Shown here: positions 48,701 to 62,857 of the stretch, piece by piece
How the letters are laid out: every line of letters begins with the position of its first letter
Numbering within the stretch: the first letter of the stretch is position 1
Source of the DNA: Alloascoidea hylecoeti
Taxonomy: Eukaryota
Direction: 5' to 3'
DNA length: 64,000 nt
NCBI GenBank assembly: GCA_001600815.1
Contig: BCKZ01000029.1
Location: 62,001-126,000 of the forward strand
Program-made: the position numbers and the translations under genes
The notes under the pieces: model-generated
The model's database searches: none
The model's input: only the letters and a program-made list of their open reading frames with translations
Told to the model about the DNA's origin: nothing

Positions 48701-50315
48701 AGCTTATCAAACTCAAAGAGGGAATCTAAATATATGGGTTGAATTGCCTACTCTCCCAGCCTTTGAGAGTATCCTGGTATGTTTAGCTCCTTATCAAGGT
48801 ATCAAGTTTGAAGGATTACATGGGTTCGGGGTAACGAGAGATTTGTTAATAATGTTAGTTTTATATTGAAGAAAGATCTCTGCATCAAGATGTTTAGGTT
48901 CAAAAAAAATAAAGAAATATGAAATATATCGAAACAATTAAATAAAGCAAACTAAAGAAAATGAACAAGATCACGAGAATCCTATCGTTTAGATTGCTTT
49001 AAACATCATATTAAAAGTGCTTGATCTGGTAGGTAATCAGTTTTGTCTCTTCAACTGTTCAATTTTGTACACTTTTAGTTAATTAAATATTTGTATATAA
49101 ATATATAGATAATGATAATATCACTTGAAAGTTGCTTCTATTTTTGTGTTTTTGCAGATGTGTTTTTTTATGTTTTTTATATGGATAATAAGCGCTATAT
49201 ATTAAAGGAATAAACTCAACCCAACGGTCAGTATGAATAATAATAATTATAATCTTATTACTCCATTATAATTAATAACCGATTGCAGCAATAATTAATT
49301 AAAAAATAAAACTCCAACTCCAATATTAATACTAAGTTAAACAATAGCATAGATCTAGAAGAAAACATAATATTTTAGCACAAATAAAGATAAAAAGACC
49401 ATTGTATTTATATTAGTCATTTATAAAAAGGGAAACTCAACAATTGTATATATATGATTGTGAAAGCAAAATTGTATACTTATTAATCTATACAATAGGC
49501 TATATAATGTGTTTTTTGTAAAACGTCTATACTAGAATAAAAAACATTCTGAGATCCTATTAAATTATTATTAGTAGTAGCAGTTGTATTAATATTACTA
49601 TAACTAATAGTAATAATTTAAGCATTAAATATATGTAATTGAAATTAAATAAAAAAGAAATAGCTAGATCATGTACGGGATTTTTTTAAATAAAAGAAAT
49701 TAAAAAGAAATAGGAAAGAAATAATGGTAAATATTCACAATTATTCATTCCACAAAAAAATTTAACGAAATAAAAATAAAAAAATATCATCATGGCTATA
49801 TTTTGGGTTGATTTATCCAGTTCCTGAGAAAGGTTCACCATTGTCTCTGTATGCCCTTGATTCAGTCTGAAAACTGAGAGCTTTATAGCAGTGTCTATCA
49901 AAAGCAAGAGAATAAAGATAACCGTAAACCGTAAAAAAGCAAACGACAAAAAGATTATATTGAGAATACAAGCATAAGGTTAAAAAGAAAACTTTTTCGA
50001 AAAGGTCCTAACTTAAAACTTTAATGAGATGCAATAATGAGATGCGTTATTAATAATGTCAAAGTATGAAAGAAAAACCAAATTGAAGAATATATCGAAG
50101 AATACCAAAACACTTTGAATCACTAAGACTCTTTGTACTTTTGAACTTGGTATATCCAAAAATTTCATTAACATATTCATAAAGCAAAAAAAAAACAAGA
50201 GTTTTGTTTTGTCCTAACAAAATTCTCTTTGTTTAAGTAATAATGGGTTGATAAAAAAGATGTCTGAAGAGTGAGATGAACACCACAACCCTAGAACTGC
50301 TACTTCTCTTTCTCT

Positions 50316-52880
50316 TTAATCAAGGTAATCCATTTTGGAAGTATTATACATGTATCTAGCACCGCTTGTCCCACTTTGATTTTGGTTTTGGTTTTGGGTT
50401 TGGGTTGGTGGAGGCAGACGTTGACTAGACAAATAACCAGATACATTAGACTGCTGTTGAGGTTGAGTCTGTCCTTGTATAGGGGGGTGGATTTGAGATT
50501 GGTTAGATTGCAACTGAGGATTGATATTCGAAAGAGAGTTCATCGAAGGTCCTGGTTGATTGCCTGGTTGATTGCCCATCATCGACTGAGAAAGATTTGT
50601 GCCACCTCCATACACACCTGGATAAGCTAATGATGAATTATACACACCAAGATGCTCGGAAGAAGAATTTCCCAATGCCGAATTATACTGATACTGGGGT
50701 TGTGATTGCTGGGGCTGAAATGATTGTTGATATCCATATGGCGCTGGGTTACTATTATATATATCAATGTTATTATCTCCAAATTGACCTTGCCCCGAGT
50801 TTGCATTATGTGATGAGTTTGAAGTGAATTGAGGATATGATGGCTGCAACATTTGACTCTTTGTTACCTGCTGAGAAGCAACTGTGGGAAAAGACATTTG
50901 ATTATTTTGTTGAATTATTGATGAACCTCCTAGTTGAGAAGGAGAATGTTGTCCTTGCTGATTTGAAATATCTAAAGAGGTTAAAGCTGGAAGCCTCGAT
51001 AATGAGCTTCTTGCAGTGGTGGCACTCTCCATCGAAGAATTGGATGGTTTATTAGATAGGGTAGGTGTCGAACTCAAAGTAAGAGGGTTCTGATTTAAAG
51101 ATGAAGATGCAGATAAGGGAATGGATGATAATGGATTTGATAAACGTGAAATGGACCCTGAATTTGAAGAAATTGCTTTTGAGATTGGAGGAATAGAAGA
51201 AATAGACGGCATTGAAGATAAATTAACAGAAGACATCGATGACTGTGATCTATCATGATTATTATCACCTAAACTCATTGATGAGTTAGCAGGGGATCCT
51301 CCTCCATTTCTTTCAGCTATAATCTGCTGTAAAAGTCTTAATTCCTGTTGTGCATCCGATCTAATAGGTTCTGGTGCAAGAGCAACAGCTCTTAGAATAT
51401 TTCCAAAGCCATTTATTTTCAATTCATCTGTATTTATATCGGTAGACAATTCTTCATCTTCATCTTCAACAACACAATGTGAAAATCCTTCTATTGTTAC
51501 CAATACATCAGTAGGCACAAATGGAAATAAATGAGCACTTTGCCAAGATCTAACTTTTTTCAACCCTTCAATTCTAGCTAATTGGAAGTAATTCAAAAAT
51601 TGTTGTTTAGATATGACGGTTTGAACAGAAAAAGGAGCTATATTTTCAGATAACATCTCTCTTAATTTATCTTGAAGATAAGGATATAATGTAATACCAG
51701 AGGCATCAAAGGCCCAACGTAAAACAATTGGGTGAAGAACAACATCAATTTTACTATATGAGCACATATCCAAAAATTGACCAGATATCAGCCTTGAATC
51801 AGCAGCCAAAACAATAAGCCTTCTACCTCTTGCTGCTCTAGTATAAGTATGTTGATTGAAGAAATTTAACCAAGCAATTCCAACTTCTCTATTTGGCTTT
51901 CCACTAGTGCTACTAGTGAAAGTAAAATTTGGATCAATATTCTGAGGAATCCAAGATTCATCGATTTTATCCCCTTTAAATACAATAAGTGGAGGATTTA
52001 CTGGACCATCCACAGAGACACTTTCAATCACAGACAAACAGTCATCTGTGGATAAACAATAGGAAGGAGACTCATGCTGTTTAGTAGTTGGTTGCGATAA
52101 AGGGATCTGGTTTGTGTTGACTGATGTTAATGGGCTTGTTGACTCCAAAACTCTATTTTCACCAGAAGAGCCAGCACTAGAGGATGGACAAGGGCTTTGT
52201 ATCTTATTACCACTAGCATCGACGTTTTCAGTGTCTGAAATAACAAAGGGTCCCCTTTTAGTTTTATTAGTTGTGAATTCTGTTTCGTCAACGAAAAAAC
52301 AATTCCCTATTGGTAAACCCAGGGAGAAATACTGGGAGAAATTATAAACCCATCTATAAAATTGCTCTTTAACGGTATTTGAAAATGGCAATGCTTCCAG
52401 AGGTTCTATTGATACCTTTTTCATTATTTGCCGATGTCGTTTAATAAAACGTCTTACCCAGTTTCTATCCAATTGAACACTGGGATCATCTTTTCTGTTT
52501 TGTGTGCCTTCACTAACCCGTTCTTGTAGTAATGTTTCAGCCATTCTGTGAACAACTTTACTATGTATTGGAGTTGAACTATTATGCGTACACTGGTTGA
52601 TATGTCTGACAATTTCCAACTCATCGCTTGTGGACAGTGCTTTATCCATTTGAATCTGTATATCTCTTGGGATAGCGCCATAACCCATGGGGAACCCGAT
52701 CAAACCGCGACCTCTTCCTAGGGCTTTTATTGCAGACGACCTTCCTTTAAGTCGTGCCTCAAGTGTGGACCTTGAAACACCGTAGATCCTAGCAGCTTTG
52801 AATGAGCCATAATAACCTGCTCGAATGTCGGCCAGTGCATTCTGGACCTTTGCTTCTTCTTCAGCGGATAACCGTCCCAT
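50316..52880 (-). CDS. Pogo/Fot1-type transposase-derived protein (psq-HTH + CENP-B-type HTH + degenerate DDE domain + Ser/Gln-rich tail)
   Basis: Intact 854-aa ORF: 'KAARIYGVSRSTLEARLKG', 'RNWVRRFIKRH', 'NCFFVDETEF', 'VIESVSVDG..PPLIVFKG', 'STSG..N', 'RRLIVLAADS'; ~330-aa S/Q/N-rich C-terminus. Confidence 0.85.
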   Translation of the reverse strand: MGRLSAEEEAKVQNALADIRAGYYGSFKAARIYGVSRSTLEARLKGRSSAIKALGRGRGLIGFPMGYGAIPRDIQIQMDKALSTSDELEIVRHINQCTHNSSTPIHSKVVHRMAETLLQERVSEGTQNRKDDPSVQLDRNWVRRFIKRHRQIMKKVSIEPLEALPFSNTVKEQFYRWVYNFSQYFSLGLPIGNCFFVDETEFTTNKTKRGPFVISDTENVDASGNKIQSPCPSSSAGSSGENRVLESTSPLTSVNTNQIPLSQPTTKQHESPSYCLSTDDCLSVIESVSVDGPVNPPLIVFKGDKIDESWIPQNIDPNFTFTSSTSGKPNREVGIAWLNFFNQHTYTRAARGRRLIVLAADSRLISGQFLDMCSYSKIDVVLHPIVLRWAFDASGITLYPYLQDKLREMLSENIAPFSVQTVISKQQFLNYFQLARIEGLKKVRSWQSAHLFPFVPTDVLVTIEGFSHCVVEDEDEELSTDINTDELKINGFGNILRAVALAPEPIRSDAQQELRLLQQIIAERNGGGSPANSSMSLGDNNHDRSQSSMSSVNLSSMPSISSIPPISKAISSNSGSISRLSNPLSSIPLSASSSLNQNPLTLSSTPTLSNKPSNSSMESATTARSSLSRLPALTSLDISNQQGQHSPSQLGGSSIIQQNNQMSFPTVASQQVTKSQMLQPSYPQFTSNSSHNANSGQGQFGDNNIDIYNSNPAPYGYQQSFQPQQSQPQYQYNSALGNSSSEHLGVYNSSLAYPGVYGGGTNLSQSMMGNQPGNQPGPSMNSLSNINPQLQSNQSQIHPPIQGQTQPQQQSNVSGYLSSQRLPPPTQTQNQNQNQSGTSGARYMYNTSKMDYLD

Positions 52881-55800
52881 TCTTTGTTTGTATCGTTAAC
52901 TTCCAGACTGAGAAAGTGGAGTGAAGTTGAATAGGTATTATATAATGTATTATGTCTATTATTATATGTATTGTTATATAGGGGGCAGCAGGATGTGTAC
53001 CGGAAGGGAACGACCCCGAATCAGAGACAGATGAAATTTCAAAGAGAGGGAGAAAAGAGAAACAATTCAAATTAAAGAAAAATTAAAAAATTAAAAAAAA
53101 AGAGGAAAGAGAGAAAAGAGAGAGACTTTGTGTATTAAAAAAAGCACAAACGCACAGAAAGGCAAAATGCCAAAAAAGCCAAAAGCCAAAAAAGAAAAAG
53201 AAAAAAAATCATATTTAATAATAGGAATCGACGATTTTGCTGCAGAAAAAAAAAGAAACAAGTTCCTGGTCCCTGAAATGTTAGACAGGTAACATGTTAA
53301 GACAGCAATTAAAGACTTGTTGGAGCACACTAGCTTTACTGCTTGCTCAGTCATGTCCAAGCAAAAAGAACGCTAAAAACTCAAAAAAAGCACTTCTACA
53401 AACCAAAAAAGTTACCATTATTTTTACAGTACAGTTTAATTTCAATCACAACCCCAATGGAAGAAGGCTAAGAAGATCACTTTGCTTCAATTGAATTGCA
53501 ATTCAAAAGAACAGCCCTGAGAATATATAAGACAATAGCGTATGCGAACTGCGCGAGAAACGTTGGACATTAATATTACAGTTAAAACATTTCCCTTGTA
53601 AGGATTTTGTGACATAACTGTGAATATTTCTCTGGGTTTCGGTTATTGTTTGGCCAGATTACACCTGCATAATGTAATATTCAGTTAGACCTTAAGTAAT
53701 TTATGATAATTATCCTTCATCACATCCAACGAAATCGAAGAATTGGCGACAATCTGCAGAGCTATCATCATGATCCTTTATTATTTTTTTCAATTGCACA
53801 CTTCAGAAGACATAAAAAAATATCAGTTGATTGCTACCTTGCCAATTTTAAGCACTAGTTGATGCGCTAGCTCGAAATGTTTTCTTTTGATAATGGATTG
53901 TGTATTACATTTACACAGAGTTAAAATAACCTTTTTTCTAAAAGTGAACTTTAAACTTTATTCGAGTGCTAATGTTCAATGTATGCCTAAATATCATCAT
54001 ACAGTAGAAGAAAATTTTCTGATTTTTGGTAGTCAAGTCAGAAACAATTCTCCCGGTTCATAACTTATTAATTATTAATATTATTATTTAATAATTGTTC
54101 TTACTATTATTAATTTATTACATACTTTTATTATTATCAACATCATTTATGATGAAACATGGCTTTAAACAGTTATCCTACATCCTAAAGCGGTAAAATT
54201 TCCCAATTTTCAGTTTCTTCGACAATTAATTAACGTAACTGACAGATGACAGATAATGATCTAGATCATTATGCTTGTATGGATTTGCACTTTCATAAAA
54301 ATATGAAAAGACTATGTATTATTATTCATGGTTTGCAAAATCTCATGATCGTAAGCTTTGATTTTTATGTGTGATGAAGAAAAAATTTTAATTTTATGAT
54401 TATAGATCTATTTTTGTTTATCTAATGTTCTAAACAATTGCATTCTTGAGTTTTCAAGGCGTAGCTTAGATGTTAATATTTACATGTATATATACATGTG
54501 TTGTATAGTACAATCGAAATGAGAATAAAACATAAATATTTTCTATTTCTGCCATTGTTAAAATGCAGCAAGCAGCCAACCATCACAACTACTCGGACTT
54601 GTTACCGGGCTTTAGGCTGTTTGTCATGGTATTGACGGCAAACAATGATCTCAATAAATCCATCATAGGAATCATGTGGATATTATGGTAATGTTCATCA
54701 CTTAAACTTTATTACTATACTGGCTATGGCGGCTTTTCCCTTTTTGAACTCAAATTATTCATCTAACATCATTCTTAGTATCCTTGGAACTTTGGATCTT
54801 GGAAAACCCTTCTTTACATATATTCTAGATTCGAAATTGAATAATCCCCAATTTTTTAACACATATTTATATATCATGAATATCATATAGAGCCTAAGAA
54901 AGACTTAAAGTTTTAGTTAAGACAATCTTTAACTCTGATAAGTTCGGATCTTTAACTTAAATTGTGCTGTTTGCTACATAAACCACTAGCGCTAGTGATA
55001 TCATCATTTTATATATATAAATGTTTTTAACGAACATATCGCGTATCTCTGTTAATCCATGGAAAGTCATATATATGGTGTACACGATGTTAAGGATAAT
55101 GTTGACTTATCATTTTTTCTTTTTTAGTATATCAGGTAAACAATCAGTGAATCAATCGTTGTAAAAACCGTTAGATGATATCTGGTAAATAAGTATTATA
55201 TAAAATCCGATGCAATTCAAAGCTGAGTTATGCTTACTTTATTTCTACGTTTAACGGTTGAGGGGTTATTCCACATAAAGGATTCAAAAACTTCGATATA
55301 TATCAGTGACATAATCATTAGTAGTTATCGATATAATTTATCCGGGGCCTAATTTGGTCATGTGTCTGATTAATGCAAAGCTATTCTGTTCATTTTTCCC
55401 TCTGAGATCAGTAACACTAAAATTGAGAAAGTTAACGTTAACATCAATCTCAAACTGCTCATAGTCACTTCCTATAAGAGAACTACCACCACTATTGAGT
55501 TAGTAGTATATGATATATTCTCGTATGTAACGTCCAGCTAATAACCTCTTTTTAACTATATATGGTTAGGCTATATCGCTAGTGTATGTTACCTTAGATT
55601 TATGGAAAACAACGTACACCATTACCAGACCTCGTTACCTAGCTAAGATACTGCCAGATCTGTTTCATACGATTTAATTAATTACATAGGACTCATGATA
55701 GGAGCTATGGTCTTAAAAAACGATTTGAATATTTATACGCATGTCATCATTAATCATGTTCATGTTCGTGCTATGACATACGAAAACTCTACCTATAGCT

Positions 55801-58800
55801 AATACAAGTTGCATTTCTATATGTTAAAAATCAGAGATTTTTTTACAATATCATAGTATATGTTTGTCCCAAGTTGATTGTAGGGAGATGCTCTATATGA
55901 CGCAAAGTTAAGGACGACAAATTAGGATAGACTCCCCAATTTTCTCCATTATATGCAATCCAACTTAGTTTGTTAACCTTTTTTTGCCATTTACTGGGCT
56001 ATAGTTCAAAGCTTAATTAAGGTTATATTAACATACTAGAACTATCAATATTAAATACATAACGGCCGCGTCCAATGAGCTATATTATTTGTTGATTATA
56101 TTAGGTGAATTGAAAATCATATTTAGTCAATATTAATTTCAATCATTCATAAATACACCAGTGATCATAAAATATTATGATATTATTAAATATAACAAAC
56201 AAGGAAGTAGACCCAATTTATTTAACACGTTGTTTATTTTAGATCCCTCTATTTGTTTTGTATCACACCAATTAATCAATCAATCAATTGATCAATACTA
56301 ATATTATTTCGTGTTATTAAATTATTTCTGAGCGTTGGAATTTATTTGAAAGTCTCTTTGTTTTCAATTAAATTGGTTCTTCAAATTATCGGCGTTGTCT
56401 AAGAGAATCTTGAACGATTGTATAATTATTTTATAATTGTCTAGAGCAATATGATTTAGCGGCATACAAGCGTATTCGTGCCATGCCACACACATTTTAA
56501 TATAATACTCGTACGTGTATTGATATTTAATTCTTATGAGGAGCACCTTAAGCTTACTCAAAGTTGAAAAATATATGGTATAGAACTACGATTCGCAAAT
56601 ATAAATAGCTTCAATTGCAAGGCATCATAATTTATTATTATCTGTCCAGACACTGCTTGGGAGATGATCAAAAGTTTTCAAATATTTAATCTGATTATCT
56701 GTAATGCTTTCTCTGCATGTATCTACATATATTATTTACTTAATGGGGCTACTCAATTGAGTTAGCTAGCTGCATGCAGATTTATCTTTAAATTTCTAAT
56801 CATTACATCTTAAAAGCAAACTGTTTTCTAAGTTTAAGAAATGTTTCTGAACAGATGACAGAAGTTAAGTTAAATCTTAAAAGACTCCAATATTGTGTGA
56901 ATTTAATCCATTGCAATTCGATATCTATAAAAGTATTTGTATATTTACTTTATAATGAAAGTAATTGAAATGCTAAATTGAATAACTATCTATTATATAT
57001 CAGTATTGCAATTGGTTCAAACTCAAATTATGTTAATTTGTGAAGCTTTCCATAATTATAGGAATTTTTCAGCGTATCTAATGTTCATTCAAGGGTATAT
57101 ACTCACCAATTATGAGGAATAATAAAAAAAGATTGGTCATGTGAAAACATTGAAAATATAGAATTTCTAAAGCTTACAAGAAAATTTGGAGAAATATACA
57201 TGATATTGAGGCTAGAACATGAAAATTAAGTAAGTCTGGCTATGATATAGCACTCTATATTTATATAAAAAGTTAGATTATACAATTATATTATGTTGTA
57301 ATTCACCTTAATGTCAATCCAAAAGAACAATTCCCGGACCACACATAGTCATGTATAGATTGTGCTCTACTTCGATTTGAAGAACCTTATAATCGTCAAA
57401 ACTTTATTTACATATATGAAGAAGTCCTATATGCCTACCACCGGTAGATTATTATATAAACCATTTACAAAATACTATAGTTACTCCTCAATAGAATATT
57501 TCAATGCAAGAATATGATTCAATGTTTAAGTTCAAAAACTAATTAAATCGGATGAATTGCAATTAATATTAATGGTCCTCTGGACAATACAATTAATCGT
57601 CCAAAACTTTCAGACTAATTATAAATTGCTGAAAATTTTCATACATAATTATAATCATTATATGATTGTGATTATAAAGTGTGGCTTAAGAAAGCTCCTT
57701 TCTCCTACCTCTAAAAATGTATTGCAATTATCTCCGTCATATTGTAATAATATATGAACTAGATTGATTTGGAAGATACCTCGGTTAGATTGTTTGTATG
57801 ATCATCTGATTTATTTTATATTTGGAGAGCTTAATCAATATTAATAATCTTCAGTAATATTCAAATAATGAATTATAAGTATATTTATTTATTCGAGTCT
57901 GGGATTATTTCCTTTCAGATATCAATATTATTGTAGATCTATATATTTGGCTTTATAAATATTTAATTTCTATACCTAATTATATATGATTAGAGTATAT
58001 AAGCTTATATCGATATCTAAATATTAGAAAACTCCATTGTTTTGGTTTACTGTAATTTGTAGTTCTCAAAATATTAATTGTTAGAAATAAAACAATCAAA
58101 TTCAAAAGGTTTTGGTTATACTATTATGGATATATGGTCCTTATATAAATTTAAAATTCAAGAGTATGGCATTATCAACCATTTAAACAATTTTTTTAAA
58201 TAAATAGAGATTTTTGAAAATGAAACACCGTTGAAGTTGAAGTTGGATTACACTTAAAAATGATATATAAAAAATTCCTAATAGAAAATTTTCAACATCA
58301 TAATTAACACCGAATGCTAAATTCTGCTATCTTTACAAGTATAATAATAATTCAATTCCTGGATTAAATTCTCTATAGCTTTTCATAATTGAGTCCCTTC
58401 AAATTTTTGAATTGAACGGAAGGTTATACTAATAGTTACGGGTAAACTTTTATTGCTGATTAGTAGCGTTAAAGTCTAAATTTACTGATTAAACAGTTTG
58501 TTGCACATTGGAATTACCAAGAAGTTAATACCGTATATGTACCAAACAAAATATAGAAATATTCAATTACGTTAACTTATGATCATGAACAATCAATGGA
58601 ACATGAAACTTAATTCATTAATTATGAGATGTTCAAAAAAAATTCAATTGAATTCACATAAAGCTCAATTAGCTATGGGAATTCGAAGATGAAAAGTATT
58701 TATGCAGAAGCTTAAAATTGTAGTTTTGGAAAACTAATCCTGAGATATTGATAGTGGATTAGTGATTCGTTGTAACGATTTATACTAATTATGAGACTCG

Positions 58801-61800
58801 GATATAAGGATAAAAATGTTTATAATTATAAGCTAGTATGTATGTATAGAATATATATATTGTTAAAGCCTTTATTGTTATATATTTCAATTGAGAAGTA
58901 ATATTTTTGACTTGAGCATGTTTTGCTCTTTTAATTGACCGTTGATGTTGAATACCGATTGCAGAAATAATTTTTCATATGATATTCGCTAATATTTAAT
59001 CTGCCTCAAAATATATTTCAATCACTAGCTATAGTACGTATACAGTTGTACTAAACACAACAACGTATACCACAAAAAGATAATTTAGGTTCTTGACATT
59101 TGTTTGCCAATTAATTAGTTCACGATATTGATTATTAAAGGATACACCATGGCGATTTAAAAATTTAGTCTATAATTAGAGATTTGAAAATTTTCAACTG
59201 TTCATCTCTTAACTAAGACTCCATTTATAAATCCAAATGATAAAAATATATTTATAAATGAACTTACGATAGTAAATATTATGAGATATTTATAATGTTA
59301 TACCATTGCGTGTTATTTCAAAAACTGCCTTAAAATTTAACTTGTATATTAATATTTATATAAAAATTATTAAGTGAAGTTATGCAGATAGCCTAAATAA
59401 CCTAGGAATGAGTCCAGTATGCATGGTTACTTAAGTAAATATCTGCGCAGGGGTGTTACAAGTTGGTGTATAAGGCAATTGAAAAGCAAGGAAAAATCAA
59501 ATTTGCATATAATAATTACAAATTTCATTCTCAATATACTTCAAATTAAATCCAAATGACACAAAGGTGATATTTATATAACATCACATTTATTAATTGA
59601 TGTTATTTGGAAGTTTGTATAGCGATATAATGCATATTTAAAGCTTAGAATATACACAAATTCCTGATTGTAAATATAACGACGTTTATAACTGAAGTTT
59701 TGAGGGAAACTATAAATGATTGTCCAAATAAGCAGCTGTAGGTTCAATTGAGGATGAAAAGGTTAGCTAGTTAGATACATGAATATACTTTTAAGATCTA
59801 CTCGAACGTATATTGCACTATAAATATAGAGACTACAAATTATAGTAGAATTTTGAGTAATTATACAATTCATTTCTATATATTTTCTATTAGCTTTAGA
59901 TGAGTTTTGAATATATTACCGATATTTATAAAAACTTGTGTAGAAAAGTATGTGTATCAGTAAATATCAATTTTGCATATTTTGTTGATATAGCTATAAC
60001 TAGATCTATAGACAGTGCAACAATTGTATTGTTATTAAGCGTTCCATTCAAAATTTGATATGTGAATAATATAACCAGATATTGATTGTCTATAAATACA
60101 TTTTGGTACTTTTGGTTCTATAGATTTATATAAATTATAGCAAATTCTAAAGAGTGATATCCCGTAGAAATCTAAATATCGATATGTGGATCAATTGGAG
60201 TTTAGTAGACACATCTTTAATCTCAACTGATGATATAGTCATATAGAAGCTTTGTAATTATAAATATCGGCTTCATGAATGCGAAATGTGTATTTCTACA
60301 ATTAAATCTATATCATGATGAAGTGTCTACGCGTATGTCAGATTTCAACATATATCAATATATAAACAGTTATAGGTTTATTATACAACCCCATAAGTCA
60401 TACATTTGTAAACAGTAATTACCATTCAATAATCAGAGTGAAGCCACTTAGGGATAAATAGTTTTGGACTCGTGTTTAAATAGCTCATATATAGTTACTA
60501 GGAGTACCTTTTTAGTTACTCAGGTTTAATACATATTCTTATTAAAGAATTAGAGTGAATTGTAATTGTGCTATCGATTATTATACACCGTCTACTATTA
60601 GTATTAATTCTGATCATAACAATTTTCAAACACTAGTTTTACTGTGTTTTATTTGTTACATAGAATTATTTTCTATTAGCATTACAATCATCAATTATAG
60701 TGGTCATTGAAATTACAAGCTATATTCTATAGATATTTAATGATTAATTTTAGGAAAGGAATGAGTACTGTTTCTAATAAATATTATATCTGAGTGATCA
60801 ATTGGGTTTCATGATATCGATGATCCTCAATTTTAAACTTTGTGGTTGATTAGTGACTAGTTTTACCCCCAGTATATACATCTAATAATATATATACCAT
60901 ACCTATAACTATAGGTGATTACGATCGATACCATTAATTCTGATCAACTAACATTGAATTATTTATGTTTAGTTTATCAATAAGCAATATATATAGCTCT
61001 AGAACTTCAGTACCAATACATTCACACCATATATGCATAAAACTACCATAGTTAGTAATTGGTGATTATTTTATCGTATTATTTATAAATATGCTGTTAA
61101 ATAAAGTGTGGCGGTTAGTTGATCATAAATATTTGCTATAAGTTATATTTATATATATATATATATGGTATCATTTGAGTCTAGATAGAAATAATTATTT
61201 AAGCATAAAAGGTTTTCTGGCAAAATGCATTTTCCACATATTTGGAAATTTATTAGAATAACAATCAGAAAACTATTTATTAAAGTCTAGAAACTTTTCT
61301 AGGTCACAATTTCATTGATATTGGGTTGTAACTTGGAAGTTAATATATTAATTGATGATCTTGTGGTTTTCAAAATTATTATATTGTGATCAAAATTTAA
61401 ATAATCACTGTTATGCCCATGAAATTGAAGTTGACTGGTAGAAAACTGAATATACATGTATAGCGAATCATATAAGTAAAAAATACGTGTCTAAATAACC
61501 CACGAGTGTGTCTGTTGTGTTGAAATAAAATCGTTGTGCCCCATTAATAAATCAATTAAATATAACTTTTGTCACAAGCACCAAATAAGGAGGAATAAAT
61601 GACCAATCTCCTATCTCATAGAACACTACTATTACTACCTAAGCAACGTTAATAAATTACTTTTAATAAGTATCAAATGGGTTTTTAATTTTATTCTAGT
61701 GAATTTACAAATGAATGACTAATTAATAATTGTTACTCTCATAATCAATACAATAAAACTCTAAACGAATGTGTGGAAAATAGTATGTTAATTATTAGAG

Positions 61801-62857
61801 AAGCCCTAAACTTTGTTTGTATCATTAAATCTAGGTGGTTTAATTGTCATTGGTAAAACTAAAGCCTAAAAAGTTGTGTGCTGATTAATGGTTATTCTGG
61901 ATTCGAGTAATGAATTTTCTTGTCCTTTTATTGAAAAAACGGATATTCTTCTACAAGATTTGTGTTTTTCTAAATGCTTCTTCTTCTTTCTACCATAAAT
62001 TCAATAACCATATACATCCTTCCAATAACAAGGAGTCAGTTGAGAGTATCCAGGGTTTGCAACCATCTTGCAAGGTCGTTCGATTCTCAGAATTCTGCAG
62101 GAATTAACTTTAGTTGAACCAACTAAACTATGTGTACGCCATCAAAATAAACTGCACTGGTCATGACGATAAAAGAAGATTAAAAAAAACTTGGATTATG
62201 AACTAGGAAGAGAATATTTATATATATATATTGAATTCCTGATTTTCGCTACTTTAAGTTCGCTTCCAAAGACTGACCTTTATAGATTCTAGAATGGGGT
62301 ATTAATACGAAATACTTCTAAATGATCTTGTTACTGGATGGTATCCTGGTATATGCATGCTATAGGTTATACTTATTCTAAAAATTCAACAAATGTGGGG
62401 TTAAAAAAAGAGCAGATTAGAAAAAATCAATTCTAGATTAATAGAATTCGAAGCCTTCAAACACACATTTGTGTCGTACAAAAGGAAAAAAAAAAACACT
62501 GACTGTGAATGACAACGTAAGCTTGAGATTAGAAGAGAAAGGAAATAGAGTTAGAACTTATTAATAACTATAGTACTAAGGCTTTTTGTGGTATATTATT
62601 CTACGATGTACCGGTATGTGATAAATATTTTGAATGTTTTATTGCAAAGGTGCAGCCGTTTAGATGCTAGTTGCAACCCCCACATATCTAAGTGGAACAC
62701 CTTTACTTGGACTCCTATCCAAAACAAATGGCAGTACATGTATATTATAACCAGCCACTGAATAGTATACTAGACATTACACTGTTTTTAACATGATGCA
62801 TAATGTTCCGTAGATTCTAGAGATTCCACAAATGTTCATAAAATGACATGAACATTT

